From: an uncultured Rhodospirillaceae bacterium
GTDB lineage: Bacteria > Pseudomonadota > Alphaproteobacteria > MPNO01 > UBA2964
DNA length: 64,000 nt
NCBI GenBank assembly: GCA_913052165.1
Contig: CAJXEC010000002.1
Span: 133-64,132 of the forward strand
Direction of reading: 5' to 3'
Position numbers and translations under genes: made by a program. Below are positions 50,367 to 59,430 of the stretch, piece by piece. Positions within the stretch are counted from its first letter, which is position 1. Every line of letters begins with the position of its first letter. The notes beneath the pieces are model-generated. The model did no database searches. It worked only from the letters and a program-made list of their open reading frames with translations, and was not told the origin of the DNA.

Positions 50367-51524
50367 ATGGATTTTCACCTACCTGAAGAATTACAAATGT
50401 TGAAGGATAACCTCCGACGCTTTGTAGACAGTGAACTCATACCAATCGAACGTAAGACGAATGACGGTACTGAATTTTTCCCGGGTATTCAAAAGGAACT
50501 CGAAGAAAAGGCCAGAGGTTTGGGGCTCTGGATGTTTGATGTGCCCGAAGAATATGGAGGTTTAGGTTTAGGTCACTTATCAAAAGCCGTGATGTGGGAA
50601 GAAATGGCCCGCACAATTGCCATTCCAGCGCGTAATGCGTCAATCTTTGGGCCGAGGGTAAGTCCCATTTTGTATACCCTCAATGAGGAGCAAAAAGAGC
50701 GATGGCTTTATCCAGTTATATCCGGAGAGAAAAAGAGTTGTTTCTGTCAAAGTGAACCAGATGCTGGTGGAGACCCAGGCGGCATGAGGACGACAGCCGT
50801 CCGCGATGGAGATCATTATATTATCAACGGTTATAAACGCTGGATAACTGGCGCTGGAGATGCAGATTTTGCGCAAATTGTTACCGCAACAGATCGTAAT
50901 AAAGGATCCAGGGGTGGCCTCACGGTATTTCTTGCAGAAATGGACACTCCAGGAATAAAGCGGATTCGGCAGCAAGATTTAATGATTTCAGATAAACCTT
51001 GGGAAATAGCATTTGAGGATGTTCGTGTATCCATCGATCAACGCGTAGGCGATGAGGGAGATGGTATGCGTGCTGCCCAAAGCTGGCTGACAGAGGGTCG
51101 GCTCAGGCATGGCGCGCGGGGTATTGGTGTTATCGAGCGTTGTCTTGAGCTCGCTTGTTCCTACGCTCAACAACGGAGCACTTTTGGAGAAAAATTGTCC
51201 CAGCGTCAGACAGTTCAAAACATGATCGTCGATATGTTTCAGGATCTCCATCAATTGAGGCTTATGGTTTACGATGCAGCCTGGAGGGCTGATAATGGTG
51301 AGGACGTCCGAAAACAGTCCTATATGTGTAAATATTTCGGCGATGAGAGGTCCTTCAAAGCCGCAGACCGGTGCATGCAAATCCACGGTGGGATGGGCCT
51401 AGCTAAAGATCTACCAATTGAGCAGTTTTTTAGGGATCAGCGCAGCATGGTTATAACTGAGGGCCCTACCGAAATTTTAAAGATGGCTTTGGCAAGGCAG
51501 ATTTTGCGGCAATACGGTGATTAA
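50367..51524 (+). CDS. acyl-CoA dehydrogenase (paralogue of 48068..49225)
   Basis: 385 aa. Same motif set (SEPDAGGDPG, RWITGA, VITEGPTEI) and extended similarity to the divergent paralogue. Confidence 0.9.
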   Translation: MDFHLPEELQMLKDNLRRFVDSELIPIERKTNDGTEFFPGIQKELEEKARGLGLWMFDVPEEYGGLGLGHLSKAVMWEEMARTIAIPARNASIFGPRVSPILYTLNEEQKERWLYPVISGEKKSCFCQSEPDAGGDPGGMRTTAVRDGDHYIINGYKRWITGAGDADFAQIVTATDRNKGSRGGLTVFLAEMDTPGIKRIRQQDLMISDKPWEIAFEDVRVSIDQRVGDEGDGMRAAQSWLTEGRLRHGARGIGVIERCLELACSYAQQRSTFGEKLSQRQTVQNMIVDMFQDLHQLRLMVYDAAWRADNGEDVRKQSYMCKYFGDERSFKAADRCMQIHGGMGLAKDLPIEQFFRDQRSMVITEGPTEILKMALARQILRQYGD

Positions 51525-51526
51525 GA

Positions 51527-52084
51527 ATGTCCGTTCAAATAGAGAATTTGCCGCCTGCTCGACCAACGCTTACAGAATTTGGGGCGTTTGCGGAGCATAT
51601 TGGTATAAGACTTGTTGAGTGGGAATTGGACCGTCGCGTGATCGAGTTTGATTTTACAGATCAGAATTTAAACGGCACAGGAGTTATACACGGTGGATGC
51701 CTCGCAACTAAGCTTGACACTGACATAGCCCACTCGGCGATTTATTGCACTGTGCCTGAAAATTACCGTTCTGAGGCCACTGTAAACTTAAGCGTGAACT
51801 TTGTCGCCGCTGGCAGACCCGGCAGTCAAATAACAATTGAAGCTCGAAAGATGGGTGGAGGAAGGACAATGTTTATGTCGGTGGCCGAAGCTCTCGATGA
51901 GAGTGGGACGGTGATTGGCAACGCGCAAGATATTGGCCCTTACCGTGGTGGTTGTCACAAGCCAGAGCGGCTGCCGAGGCCGCAAGGTGTGGAATTGGGA
52001 AAATCTCCCCAGCGTCTGAATGCGGATGATACAAATAACGAGGACAAGAAAGAGCGATGTTTCGAGACGTTGAACCTCTTCTGA
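51527..52084 (+). CDS. PaaI-family hotdog-fold thioesterase with C-terminal extension
   Basis: 185 aa. The core VIHGGCLATKLDTDIAHSA is typical of PaaI/4HBT class II. A roughly 45-aa extension overlaps the next gene start by 28 nt. Confidence 0.7.
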   Translation: MSVQIENLPPARPTLTEFGAFAEHIGIRLVEWELDRRVIEFDFTDQNLNGTGVIHGGCLATKLDTDIAHSAIYCTVPENYRSEATVNLSVNFVAAGRPGSQITIEARKMGGGRTMFMSVAEALDESGTVIGNAQDIGPYRGGCHKPERLPRPQGVELGKSPQRLNADDTNNEDKKERCFETLNLF

Positions 52085-54132
52085 AACCCAAATCAATGGC
52101 AATAGTCGGGGCATCCGAGACTGGCGGAGAGGGCTGGTCCCGGGTTTTGTATCAGAATCTTAGAGATGCAGGCATGCCAGTAAAAACTTATTTGATTAAC
52201 CCCCAAAGAGATGAGCTTTGGGGGGAGAGAGTGTATCCCAATTTTGGAGCGCTACCTCAGTCGGTGGAGCACGCGGCTGTTTTGGTGCCGGCGCAATTTG
52301 TTAATACTGTGATGCGAGATGGCATTGCTAATGGTCTCAGGGCCGCGACAATCTTTTCTGCTGGTTTTGGTGAAGGGCGAAAAAAGATTGGTGCCGAGCG
52401 GGGCGAGGAGCTGAGTGGTTTGATCTCCGACGCTAAATTATCGGTTTGTGGACCAAATTGCATGGGCACCTTTTCTTTGCCCCAAAAAATCCTTCAATAC
52501 CCTACGAGCCGCCTACGAAATTTGAAGCTTGGCAAAGTTGGTGGAGTTTTTCACTCGGGTGGCACTCTTGGTTATTGGTTCGCGCGGGCGGCTCAGAGAG
52601 GTTTAGGATTCTCTTATGCAGTCTCTTGTGGCAACGAATTTGGTCTCGACTGTGCGGATTATATTAATTTTTTGGCAGGTGATCCCGACACAGAGATTAT
52701 CGTGGGAATGCTGGAGAGTATTAGGCGGCCTCAGGCGTTTATTGCGGCGGCAGAGAAAGCTTTTCGAGCAGAAAAACCTTTAATTCTGGTTAAACTGGGC
52801 CGCTCTGAAATGGGAAAAGAGCAAGCTAAAACACATACAGGGGCTGTAGCGGTTGATGATGACGTGTTTATGGCTGCATGCCGCAGGTTCGGCATAACGC
52901 GAGCAAGCAATTTGGATGATATGGTCGAAATGTGTCTTGCTTTCCAACAGAAGCGATATCCGACAGGCAATCGCTTGGCCGTGGTGACGTCTTCGGGTGG
53001 CGCTGTGGGTCTATCTATCGATGCGGCAGAGGAGGAGGGCGCAGTGCTAGCCGCTCTTTCCCAGGATACCATAAAAAAAATGGAGGAGATCATACCAGAT
53101 GATGTCGATGTGCATAATCCTATGGATGCAGGAACTCGGCTAGCGGGTAACGTTGAGAGGTTTATAAATCTATGCGGTTTGTTTGCGGCAGATCCCGGTG
53201 TTGATATCGTGGCTTTGCAAGGTCGGCTGCCCCTACCCACAGACTCGGAGGAAACCCATCAGCATTATATAAAGTTAAAAAATGAAACCGGTAAGCCCGT
53301 CCTTGGGCTGGTGCGGATGAGTGAAAATGCTGATGACAAGTATCGAATTTTTCAGGAGGCTGCCCAGATTCCTTTTCTCTTTGGAATACCTCAAACTGTG
53401 CGGGCAGCCAAAGCCCTTATAAATTACGGTGAGGCTCGACGGCGGGGTATTCCTGAGCTTTTCTCTCCGATCCCTGACAGTAAATTGTGTAACGAAAATC
53501 TATCAGACTCACTCTCAATAGCGGGCATCAGGACGCCGAATCATGCGATAGCCCGCAGTCCTGAGCAAGCCGCTGACTTTGCGGCGGGTATAGGTTTTCC
53601 GGTCGCGATAAAGATTACCTCAGACACCATAAGTCATAAAACTGAAGCAGGTGGCGTGCGGCTGGGTCTCAAAGATCGAGAAGCAGTCAAAGGCCAAGCG
53701 GAAGATTTGATTGAGAGTATTGGAAAAGAAAATATTTCGGGGTTTTTGGTGCAAGAGATGGTCGCTGGGACAGAAATGTTAGTTGGGCTTCGCGATGACC
53801 CCGATTTTGGTCCTCTCTTGGTTATTGGTTTGGGCGGAGTTTTTGTGGAAATTTTAAAAGACGTTTCCTTAAGGCTTATTCCGGTTGACGAACCGGAGGT
53901 TCGTGCCATGCTATCCGAACTGCGAGGGTCTAAAATCCTTGATGGATTCAGGGGGCAGCCCGCACCAGATGTGGACGCACTTGTTGAGAACGTTATGGCA
54001 TTGTGCGGGTTTTTTCTCGATCACAGGGAGGTTCTATCGGAGATAGAAATAAATCCATTAATGGTTCTTGAGAGAGGCAAGGGCGTGAGAGCGATAGATA
54101 TAAGGCCAGTTTGGAAAAATAATTTGACATAA
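52057..54132 (+). CDS. ADP-forming acyl-CoA synthetase (CoA-binding plus ATP-grasp domains), FerA-like
   Basis: 691 aa. N-terminus LLKPKSMAIVGASE is a CoA-binding domain, followed by a succinyl-CoA-synthetase-like flavodoxin domain and a C-terminal ATP-grasp domain (FPVAIKITSDTISHKTEAGGV). This is the architecture of Sphingobium SYK-6 feruloyl-CoA synthetase FerA. Confidence 0.85.
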   Translation: MFRDVEPLLKPKSMAIVGASETGGEGWSRVLYQNLRDAGMPVKTYLINPQRDELWGERVYPNFGALPQSVEHAAVLVPAQFVNTVMRDGIANGLRAATIFSAGFGEGRKKIGAERGEELSGLISDAKLSVCGPNCMGTFSLPQKILQYPTSRLRNLKLGKVGGVFHSGGTLGYWFARAAQRGLGFSYAVSCGNEFGLDCADYINFLAGDPDTEIIVGMLESIRRPQAFIAAAEKAFRAEKPLILVKLGRSEMGKEQAKTHTGAVAVDDDVFMAACRRFGITRASNLDDMVEMCLAFQQKRYPTGNRLAVVTSSGGAVGLSIDAAEEEGAVLAALSQDTIKKMEEIIPDDVDVHNPMDAGTRLAGNVERFINLCGLFAADPGVDIVALQGRLPLPTDSEETHQHYIKLKNETGKPVLGLVRMSENADDKYRIFQEAAQIPFLFGIPQTVRAAKALINYGEARRRGIPELFSPIPDSKLCNENLSDSLSIAGIRTPNHAIARSPEQAADFAAGIGFPVAIKITSDTISHKTEAGGVRLGLKDREAVKGQAEDLIESIGKENISGFLVQEMVAGTEMLVGLRDDPDFGPLLVIGLGGVFVEILKDVSLRLIPVDEPEVRAMLSELRGSKILDGFRGQPAPDVDALVENVMALCGFFLDHREVLSEIEINPLMVLERGKGVRAIDIRPVWKNNLT

Positions 54133-54153
54133 AATTTTTAGGGGGAGAGATCT

Positions 54154-55068
54154 ATGCTGACAAAGAAATTCACTTGTGTGAAAGTTGACCAACAAAAAGA
54201 TGGCATTACCTGGGTAACTTTTAATCGTCCGGAAAAACGGAATGCGATGAGCCCAACTTTTCATCGAGAAATGATGGAAATTATGACAGCGCTCCAGGTT
54301 GATCCAGATACAAAAATTGTAATTCTCACGGGTGCAGGAACCGCCTACAGCGCGGGTCAGGATTTAAAAGAATACTTCAGAGAGACGGATGGTAATCCAG
54401 GGGCAAAAGCTGAAGCAGGTGCGAATAGCCGATGGCGAAGTGACCTCCTATGGATGTATGACAAGCCAACCATTGCAATGATCAATGGATATTGTGTTGG
54501 TGGGGCTTTTACGCATTGCATATGCTCCGATTTTGCAATTGCCGCAGATGATGCAGTTTTTAGTCTCTCTGAGGTAAACTGGGGAATTTTGCCGGGTGGC
54601 ATGGTATCAAAGATGATGTCTGATACCGTAAGCCCCCGAGACGCTATGTACTATGCTTGTTCTGGACGGCCTTTTAATGGGAAGGAAGCTGCCGCGATGC
54701 GGTTAGTAACCTTTTCGGTTCCGAAAAGAAGCCTAAAACGCGAGACATTGAAGTTAGCGAGGGAACTGCTCCAAAAGAACCAAAATGTTTTGAGAGGAAC
54801 AAAGCACGCTATTCGCGCCACCCAAAATATGCATTGGAATGCTGCAGCAGACTACCTCGTGGCAAAGCAGGCTGAAATCAAAATGAGAGATGCAGCTAGG
54901 GGCCACGATTCCTACCAAGAAGGCATCCGACAATTTATTGATGAAAAGACCTACAAGCCAGTATTCTCTCCGTATATTGGAGCGGGTGAGGGCAAGAGTG
55001 GAGCTGTTAAAAAGTCAGCTAAGAAGCGATCGAAAAAATCGGCAAAAAAAGCAACTCGTAAGAAGTAA
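54154..55068 (+). CDS. ech: hydroxycinnamoyl-CoA hydratase/lyase (HCHL/FerB-type crotonase) with Lys-rich C-terminal tail
   Basis: 304 aa, colinear with recalled Pseudomonas HCHL blocks (NRPEKRNAMSPT, LTGAG.A..AG.DLKEYFRE, KPTIAM.NG.C.GG, LSE.NWGI.PG..VSK). The extra tail is KSGAVKKSAKKRSKKSAKKATRKK. Confidence 0.85.
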   Translation: MLTKKFTCVKVDQQKDGITWVTFNRPEKRNAMSPTFHREMMEIMTALQVDPDTKIVILTGAGTAYSAGQDLKEYFRETDGNPGAKAEAGANSRWRSDLLWMYDKPTIAMINGYCVGGAFTHCICSDFAIAADDAVFSLSEVNWGILPGGMVSKMMSDTVSPRDAMYYACSGRPFNGKEAAAMRLVTFSVPKRSLKRETLKLARELLQKNQNVLRGTKHAIRATQNMHWNAAADYLVAKQAEIKMRDAARGHDSYQEGIRQFIDEKTYKPVFSPYIGAGEGKSGAVKKSAKKRSKKSAKKATRKK

Positions 55069-55088
55069 AGGTCTATAAAAGAATATTG

Positions 55089-55116
55089 GGGAAGGGGGTT
55101 TGTGGGTCTCCTTCCC
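55089..55116 (+). terminator. possible hairpin terminator after the HCHL gene
   Basis: GGGAAGG (55089..55095) pairs with CCTTCCC (55110..55116) across a 14-nt loop. Only a short T tract follows. Confidence 0.3.
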
Positions 55117-55255
55117 TTGAATATATGGTGAACCATGGGATCTGGTATTTTTGATTTAGCTCAGCCATTTCGCTCATATTTAACATCGTAATATACTTAG
55201 CAAGTTGATGCTTGTCCGAGCAATGACTCATGATTTAACGGCAGGTCCTTAAGAC

Positions 55256-56245
55256 CTACTCTGTCCACGCTATGATTGGAGTGAACAGGTCATCGATCTT
55301 CGGCGCATGCTCGAGAAAATGCTGTTCGGAGAGATATCCTGCAAAGGCCTCGAGCATAGCTCGGTTCTGATTTACACCGTACGGCCATGGGTCATCTCCC
55401 ATCAGAGCATGCATTTCTGCAATTTCTTCGTGCAGCCATGGCAGCATGTTTTTTTGAGCGCCGGAAAATTTCATAGCATCTAACGCCCATTTTTTTGAAG
55501 CTTGACAGGCCTTGAACAGTGATTCCGCAGCCCATGGTTGTTCCTTATGCAAGTCTTCACGAATGACTATCGTGTGCATGATTGGGTGGAAGCCTGTTCG
55601 TTGATAATAGGTCTTTTCTTCATCCCTGTAGTGAGGGAAAAGTCTGGTCACATTTCTGCCGTAATCGAAGCTGTCTGGTCTACGAGCGCCGAAATAAGCA
55701 TCAATCTGGCCCCCCTCTAATTGATCGCTGAGGCACTGGTCTCCTGATATTATTTCGATTGACATTCCGCCTAGTGGACGCAGGTCCATATCCTCGTCCT
55801 CTGGTCTTGGGGTATTAACTCCGCCCTCGACCCACTGGACGGTGTCTAGGTCCACGCCATACTCATGTTGAAGGATTCCTCGAACCCAAACTCCCGCGGT
55901 CTGTCGATATTCCTGGACCCCAATACGTTTTCCAGAGAGCTCGGAGGGTTGCTCAATTCCTGAGTTTTTGTTGATGAAAATAAAACCGTGTCGAAAAACC
56001 CGCGAGGGAAATACCGGTATTGCGATGAATGGGAAATCACCTCGGGACCGCATGATCATGTAATGGGCGAGCGACATTTCTGCAACATCAAAAGATCCCG
56101 TTTTTAGCATGCGCGCGAAAATTTCTGGCGGAGACTGGATCGCTATATACCGAAGATTGATGCCTTCAGGTTGAATTTCTCCAAGCCGGAGTGCCTCCAT
56201 GCGATCGTATGGTCCGCAAGCGAATGTAATCGGCAGCTTTTTCAT
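55256..56245 (-). CDS. 4,5-dihydroxyphthalate decarboxylase-like protein (periplasmic-binding-protein-like fold family)
   Basis: 329 aa. N-terminal pattern ITFACGPYDRMEALRLGEIQPEGI...PEIFARM...FDVAEMSL and IPVFPSRVFRH, as I recall for PhtD/Pht5-type decarboxylases. No signal peptide. Confidence 0.6.
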   Translation of the reverse strand: MKKLPITFACGPYDRMEALRLGEIQPEGINLRYIAIQSPPEIFARMLKTGSFDVAEMSLAHYMIMRSRGDFPFIAIPVFPSRVFRHGFIFINKNSGIEQPSELSGKRIGVQEYRQTAGVWVRGILQHEYGVDLDTVQWVEGGVNTPRPEDEDMDLRPLGGMSIEIISGDQCLSDQLEGGQIDAYFGARRPDSFDYGRNVTRLFPHYRDEEKTYYQRTGFHPIMHTIVIREDLHKEQPWAAESLFKACQASKKWALDAMKFSGAQKNMLPWLHEEIAEMHALMGDDPWPYGVNQNRAMLEAFAGYLSEQHFLEHAPKIDDLFTPIIAWTE

Positions 56246-56445
56246 CTAAATACCCTTTTCTCGACTTTTGAGCCTATATCCCCACTGACCCCCGTCAAGC
56301 AAGCCTGCAGTTCTCGGTCGCGACGAGGCCCAATTAGCAGTTTGTCTCTACGGACGATTTTTATGTCCGGGTTGCTGAAGACTTATTTGTCTATCCCGGA
56401 GATTTTGCATTATTGTTGGACTAAAATACCCAAATTAGTCGGTTG

Positions 56446-56691
56446 CTAGGGGTCCTTTTTCCTCCATTCATCAGCCTCATCATCATAACCCCTACGGTGG
56501 CTATAAAAAACCAGAAACATCAAACCGGCGCCTAATCCGAATGTAGCAAATACGCCCAACCCAAGGGCTAAGAAGCCGTGGAGAGAAATTTTTGTTTCTT
56601 CCAGACCCATCCACGCTGCGACGGCAATAATTGCGGCGAAAAATAGCAGCGAGAGGAGGAGGATTGCTAGTAACAGGCCTTTTTTTGTCAA
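56446..56691 (-). CDS. small membrane protein (2 TM), function unknown
   Basis: 81 aa with two hydrophobic helices and an acidic/basic tail. TTG start 4 nt after the leuD stop. Coding status supported only by position and hydrophobicity. Confidence 0.45.
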   Translation of the reverse strand: MTKKGLLLAILLLSLLFFAAIIAVAAWMGLEETKISLHGFLALGLGVFATFGLGAGLMFLVFYSHRRGYDDEADEWRKKDP

Positions 56692-56695
56692 CGCT

Positions 56696-57301
56696 TCACA
56701 ACCATTTTTTATCAGCCAAGTAGTCGTTTTCGTAGCGGTTTATAGCTTCCCTAAATTGCTGGGTATAATCGATCATATCTAGACCTTTAAGCAGTCTCTC
56801 TCTCCGATGGGGATCAATATCAAATTTTGCCAAGGATGTCGCTTCGCAAAATACCTGTTGGGTTTCAAGGTCAATGGTAATCTCAGGTGTAGCTTCGTTA
56901 ATCAAAAATTGTTGTAGCTTTTTTACGAGCGTTTCAGGCAATACAACGGGCAATAAACCGTTGTTAAATGAATTATTGTAAAAAATATCGCCGAAACTTG
57001 GTGCAATAACAGACCGAAATCCGGAGTCTACTAGCGTGAACACCGCCCCCTCTCGAGAGGAACCGCAGCCAAAGTTACGACCAGCCACAATAATTTGTGC
57101 TTCGGCAAACTTTTTTTGATTCAGGAAGAAATCTGGGATTTTCAAACCATTATTATCTTGACGCAAATCTCGAAATAAATAGGTACCATACCTCTGATCC
57201 CTCGGCATCATGAGAAACCTGGCGGGCAGGATTTGGTCTGTATCAATGTTATCCTGGTTAATGGGTGCTGCCAGAGCCTTTAGGATTTTAAAAGGGATCA
57301 T
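56696..57301 (-). CDS. leuD: 3-isopropylmalate dehydratase small subunit
   Basis: 201 aa with the DQILPARF and GRNFGCGSSREGA motifs. One nt after leuC. Confidence 0.95.
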   Translation of the reverse strand: MIPFKILKALAAPINQDNIDTDQILPARFLMMPRDQRYGTYLFRDLRQDNNGLKIPDFFLNQKKFAEAQIIVAGRNFGCGSSREGAVFTLVDSGFRSVIAPSFGDIFYNNSFNNGLLPVVLPETLVKKLQQFLINEATPEITIDLETQQVFCEATSLAKFDIDPHRRERLLKGLDMIDYTQQFREAINRYENDYLADKKWL

Positions 57302-57302
57302 T

Positions 57303-58712
57303 TTAATTTCTTCGAAGTGACCTTACGTCTGTAAGTTTTCCAGTTACCGCTGCCGCTGCCGCCATTGCAGGCCCGGTCAGGTGAGTCCGGGCGTCAGGAC
57401 CCTGGCGTCCACGAAAATTACGATTGGAAGTTGAAACACAACGCTGTCTAGGTGAGACCAAGTCACCATTGACGCCTACGCACATTGAACAACCTGCAGC
57501 AGGACGCCAGTCAAAACCAGCTTCAATAAAAATTCTATCAAGCCCTTCATTTTCGGCTTGTTTTTTTATCAAACCAGATCCAGGGACAACTATGGCGCGA
57601 ACACAGGCGGCTCTACCTTTTGCAACCGCTGCGGCCTCTCTTAAATCCTCGATTCGGCTGTTAGTGCAAGACCCTATAAAAACGTTGTCGACAGTAATGT
57701 CTTCAAGTGAGGTTCCAGGCTTCAAGCCCATATAGTCCAGTTTTCTCTCTAAGTTTGCGCGTTTGTCTATATTGGTTTCTTTAAGCGGATCGGGCACGTG
57801 GCCGGTAATTGGGAGTGCATCCTCCGGGCTAGTCCCCCATGTAACCATCGGGGTAATAAGTTGTCCGTCAATTTCGTGCTCCTTATCAAACACGGCACCT
57901 TCATCTGTTCCTAACTGCGTCCAAGCGATTAGAGCCTCTCTCCAAGTATCGTTTTTTGGTGCATGTGGACGACCTTGAATCCAATTATACGTGGTTTCAT
58001 CAGGTGCAATCATTCCCGCGCGAGCTCCAGCCTCAATGGACATGTTGCAGACGGTTAATCTTTCTTCAATCGATAAGCTAGATATTATCGGTCCCGCGTA
58101 TTCAATAACATGACCCGTTCCTCCGGCAGCCCCTATATGACAGATAATTGAGAGGATTATGTCCTTAGCAGACACATACGGCGGTCGAGAACCCTTCAAG
58201 ATTACTCGCATTTTCTTTGGTTTTGGCTGCCAAAGCGTTTGAGTGGCGAGGACGTGGCTGACATCTGAGGCACCGATGCCAAAGGCAAGGGCGCCTAATG
58301 CACCATGTGTCGCAGTATGAGAGTCTCCGCAAACGATAATGGTCCCGGGTAGTGAAAAGCCTTGCTCAGGGCCAATTACATGAATGATTCCCCTTCTTTG
58401 ATCACCGAGGCCTAAGAAATCTAGATCGTGGTTGAGAGCATTTTTTTTCAAAGTGTTATAAAGTTCAAACCTATCTGAGCTTTTGAAATCACTAGCTTTT
58501 TCTCCGGTCGTTGGTGTGTAATGATCGGCCACCGCGATTGTTCGAGAGGGGTGCCTAACCCTTATTTTTCGCTTTTCAAGCATGTTGAAAGCGTGAAAGG
58601 ATAATTCGTGGCAAAAGTGGCGGTCGATAAATAGGAGAGACTGACCGGCTGGATTGATCGTTATCTCATGACGCTCCCATATCTTATCAAGTAATGTTTT
58701 TGGTTTAGTCAC
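57303..58712 (-). CDS. leuC: 3-isopropylmalate dehydratase large subunit
   Basis: 469 aa. Aconitase-family cluster ligands (CGDSHT, GSCTNSR, CSMCVG) and LeuC N-terminus TLLDKIWERH. Confidence 0.96.
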   Translation of the reverse strand: MTKPKTLLDKIWERHEITINPAGQSLLFIDRHFCHELSFHAFNMLEKRKIRVRHPSRTIAVADHYTPTTGEKASDFKSSDRFELYNTLKKNALNHDLDFLGLGDQRRGIIHVIGPEQGFSLPGTIIVCGDSHTATHGALGALAFGIGASDVSHVLATQTLWQPKPKKMRVILKGSRPPYVSAKDIILSIICHIGAAGGTGHVIEYAGPIISSLSIEERLTVCNMSIEAGARAGMIAPDETTYNWIQGRPHAPKNDTWREALIAWTQLGTDEGAVFDKEHEIDGQLITPMVTWGTSPEDALPITGHVPDPLKETNIDKRANLERKLDYMGLKPGTSLEDITVDNVFIGSCTNSRIEDLREAAAVAKGRAACVRAIVVPGSGLIKKQAENEGLDRIFIEAGFDWRPAAGCSMCVGVNGDLVSPRQRCVSTSNRNFRGRQGPDARTHLTGPAMAAAAAVTGKLTDVRSLRRN

Positions 58713-58719
58713 GGATCTT

Positions 58720-59301
58720 CTAACTCTCTTCGTTTGCGGATTGATCTTTCAAGCTATGTTGTTGAATGAGCGGCATTTGTGAAAAGATGAAAAGAAACGT
58801 GAGTATCAGTAGCCCCCAAACTTTAAAATTGACCCAAATTTCTGTTGTTTGAGTTCGCCAGACTATTTCATTCAAGATCGCAAGGCCGATAGAAAACCAA
58901 GCAAAACGAGTTGTTAATTTGCGCCACCCTTCATCAGTCATCGGGAGAGCGCTGCCCATTAGGTTTTTTAAAAATAATTTTTTGAAAGACAATCCCCCAA
59001 AAAGGATACCTGCGATTATTACTTCAACTATTGTTGGCTTCATTTTTATAAATGTTTCATCTTTCAGGAAAAGGGTCAGCCCTCCAAATATCCCGATCGC
59101 TATTGCCGTAACGAGCGGCATGGTTGGAACCTTACGGGTGAACAATAACGACAGAAGAATGACCACTACAGTCGCTACCATAATAGCCGCTGTCGCGAAG
59201 AAAAGATCCTCCAGGTAGTACGTCACAAAAAAAGTCACTAGTGGTCCGTAATCGACAACTGGTTTTAGCCAAGACGGTTGATTGCCATTTTCTGCCATCA
59301 T
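58720..59301 (-). CDS. yciB: inner-membrane septation protein YciB/IspZ
   Basis: About 193 aa from ATG 59301. The pattern DYGPLVTFF..., DETFIKMKPTIV, NFKVWG is typical of YciB. The longer ORF-track N-terminus is not family-like. Confidence 0.8.
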   Translation of the reverse strand: MMAENGNQPSWLKPVVDYGPLVTFFVTYYLEDLFFATAAIMVATVVVILLSLLFTRKVPTMPLVTAIAIGIFGGLTLFLKDETFIKMKPTIVEVIIAGILFGGLSFKKLFLKNLMGSALPMTDEGWRKLTTRFAWFSIGLAILNEIVWRTQTTEIWVNFKVWGLLILTFLFIFSQMPLIQQHSLKDQSANEES

Positions 59302-59430
59302 TGCTTTCCGTTTATAATCCAAGAGTTTTCGAAATACCGGGATGTAAAAGTGCCTCGCGTTGACCAAAAAGGCCAGCCCTAATAGTGTTTATAATTCTAC
59401 AAAATGTGTCATTTTAAAGAAGGCGACCCA

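Noticed and set aside
8614-56245. The central catabolic block as a horizontally acquired genomic island
   Set aside because: No integrase, transposase, tRNA target, direct repeats or obvious compositional break is visible by eye. Acquisition cannot be supported from this sequence alone.
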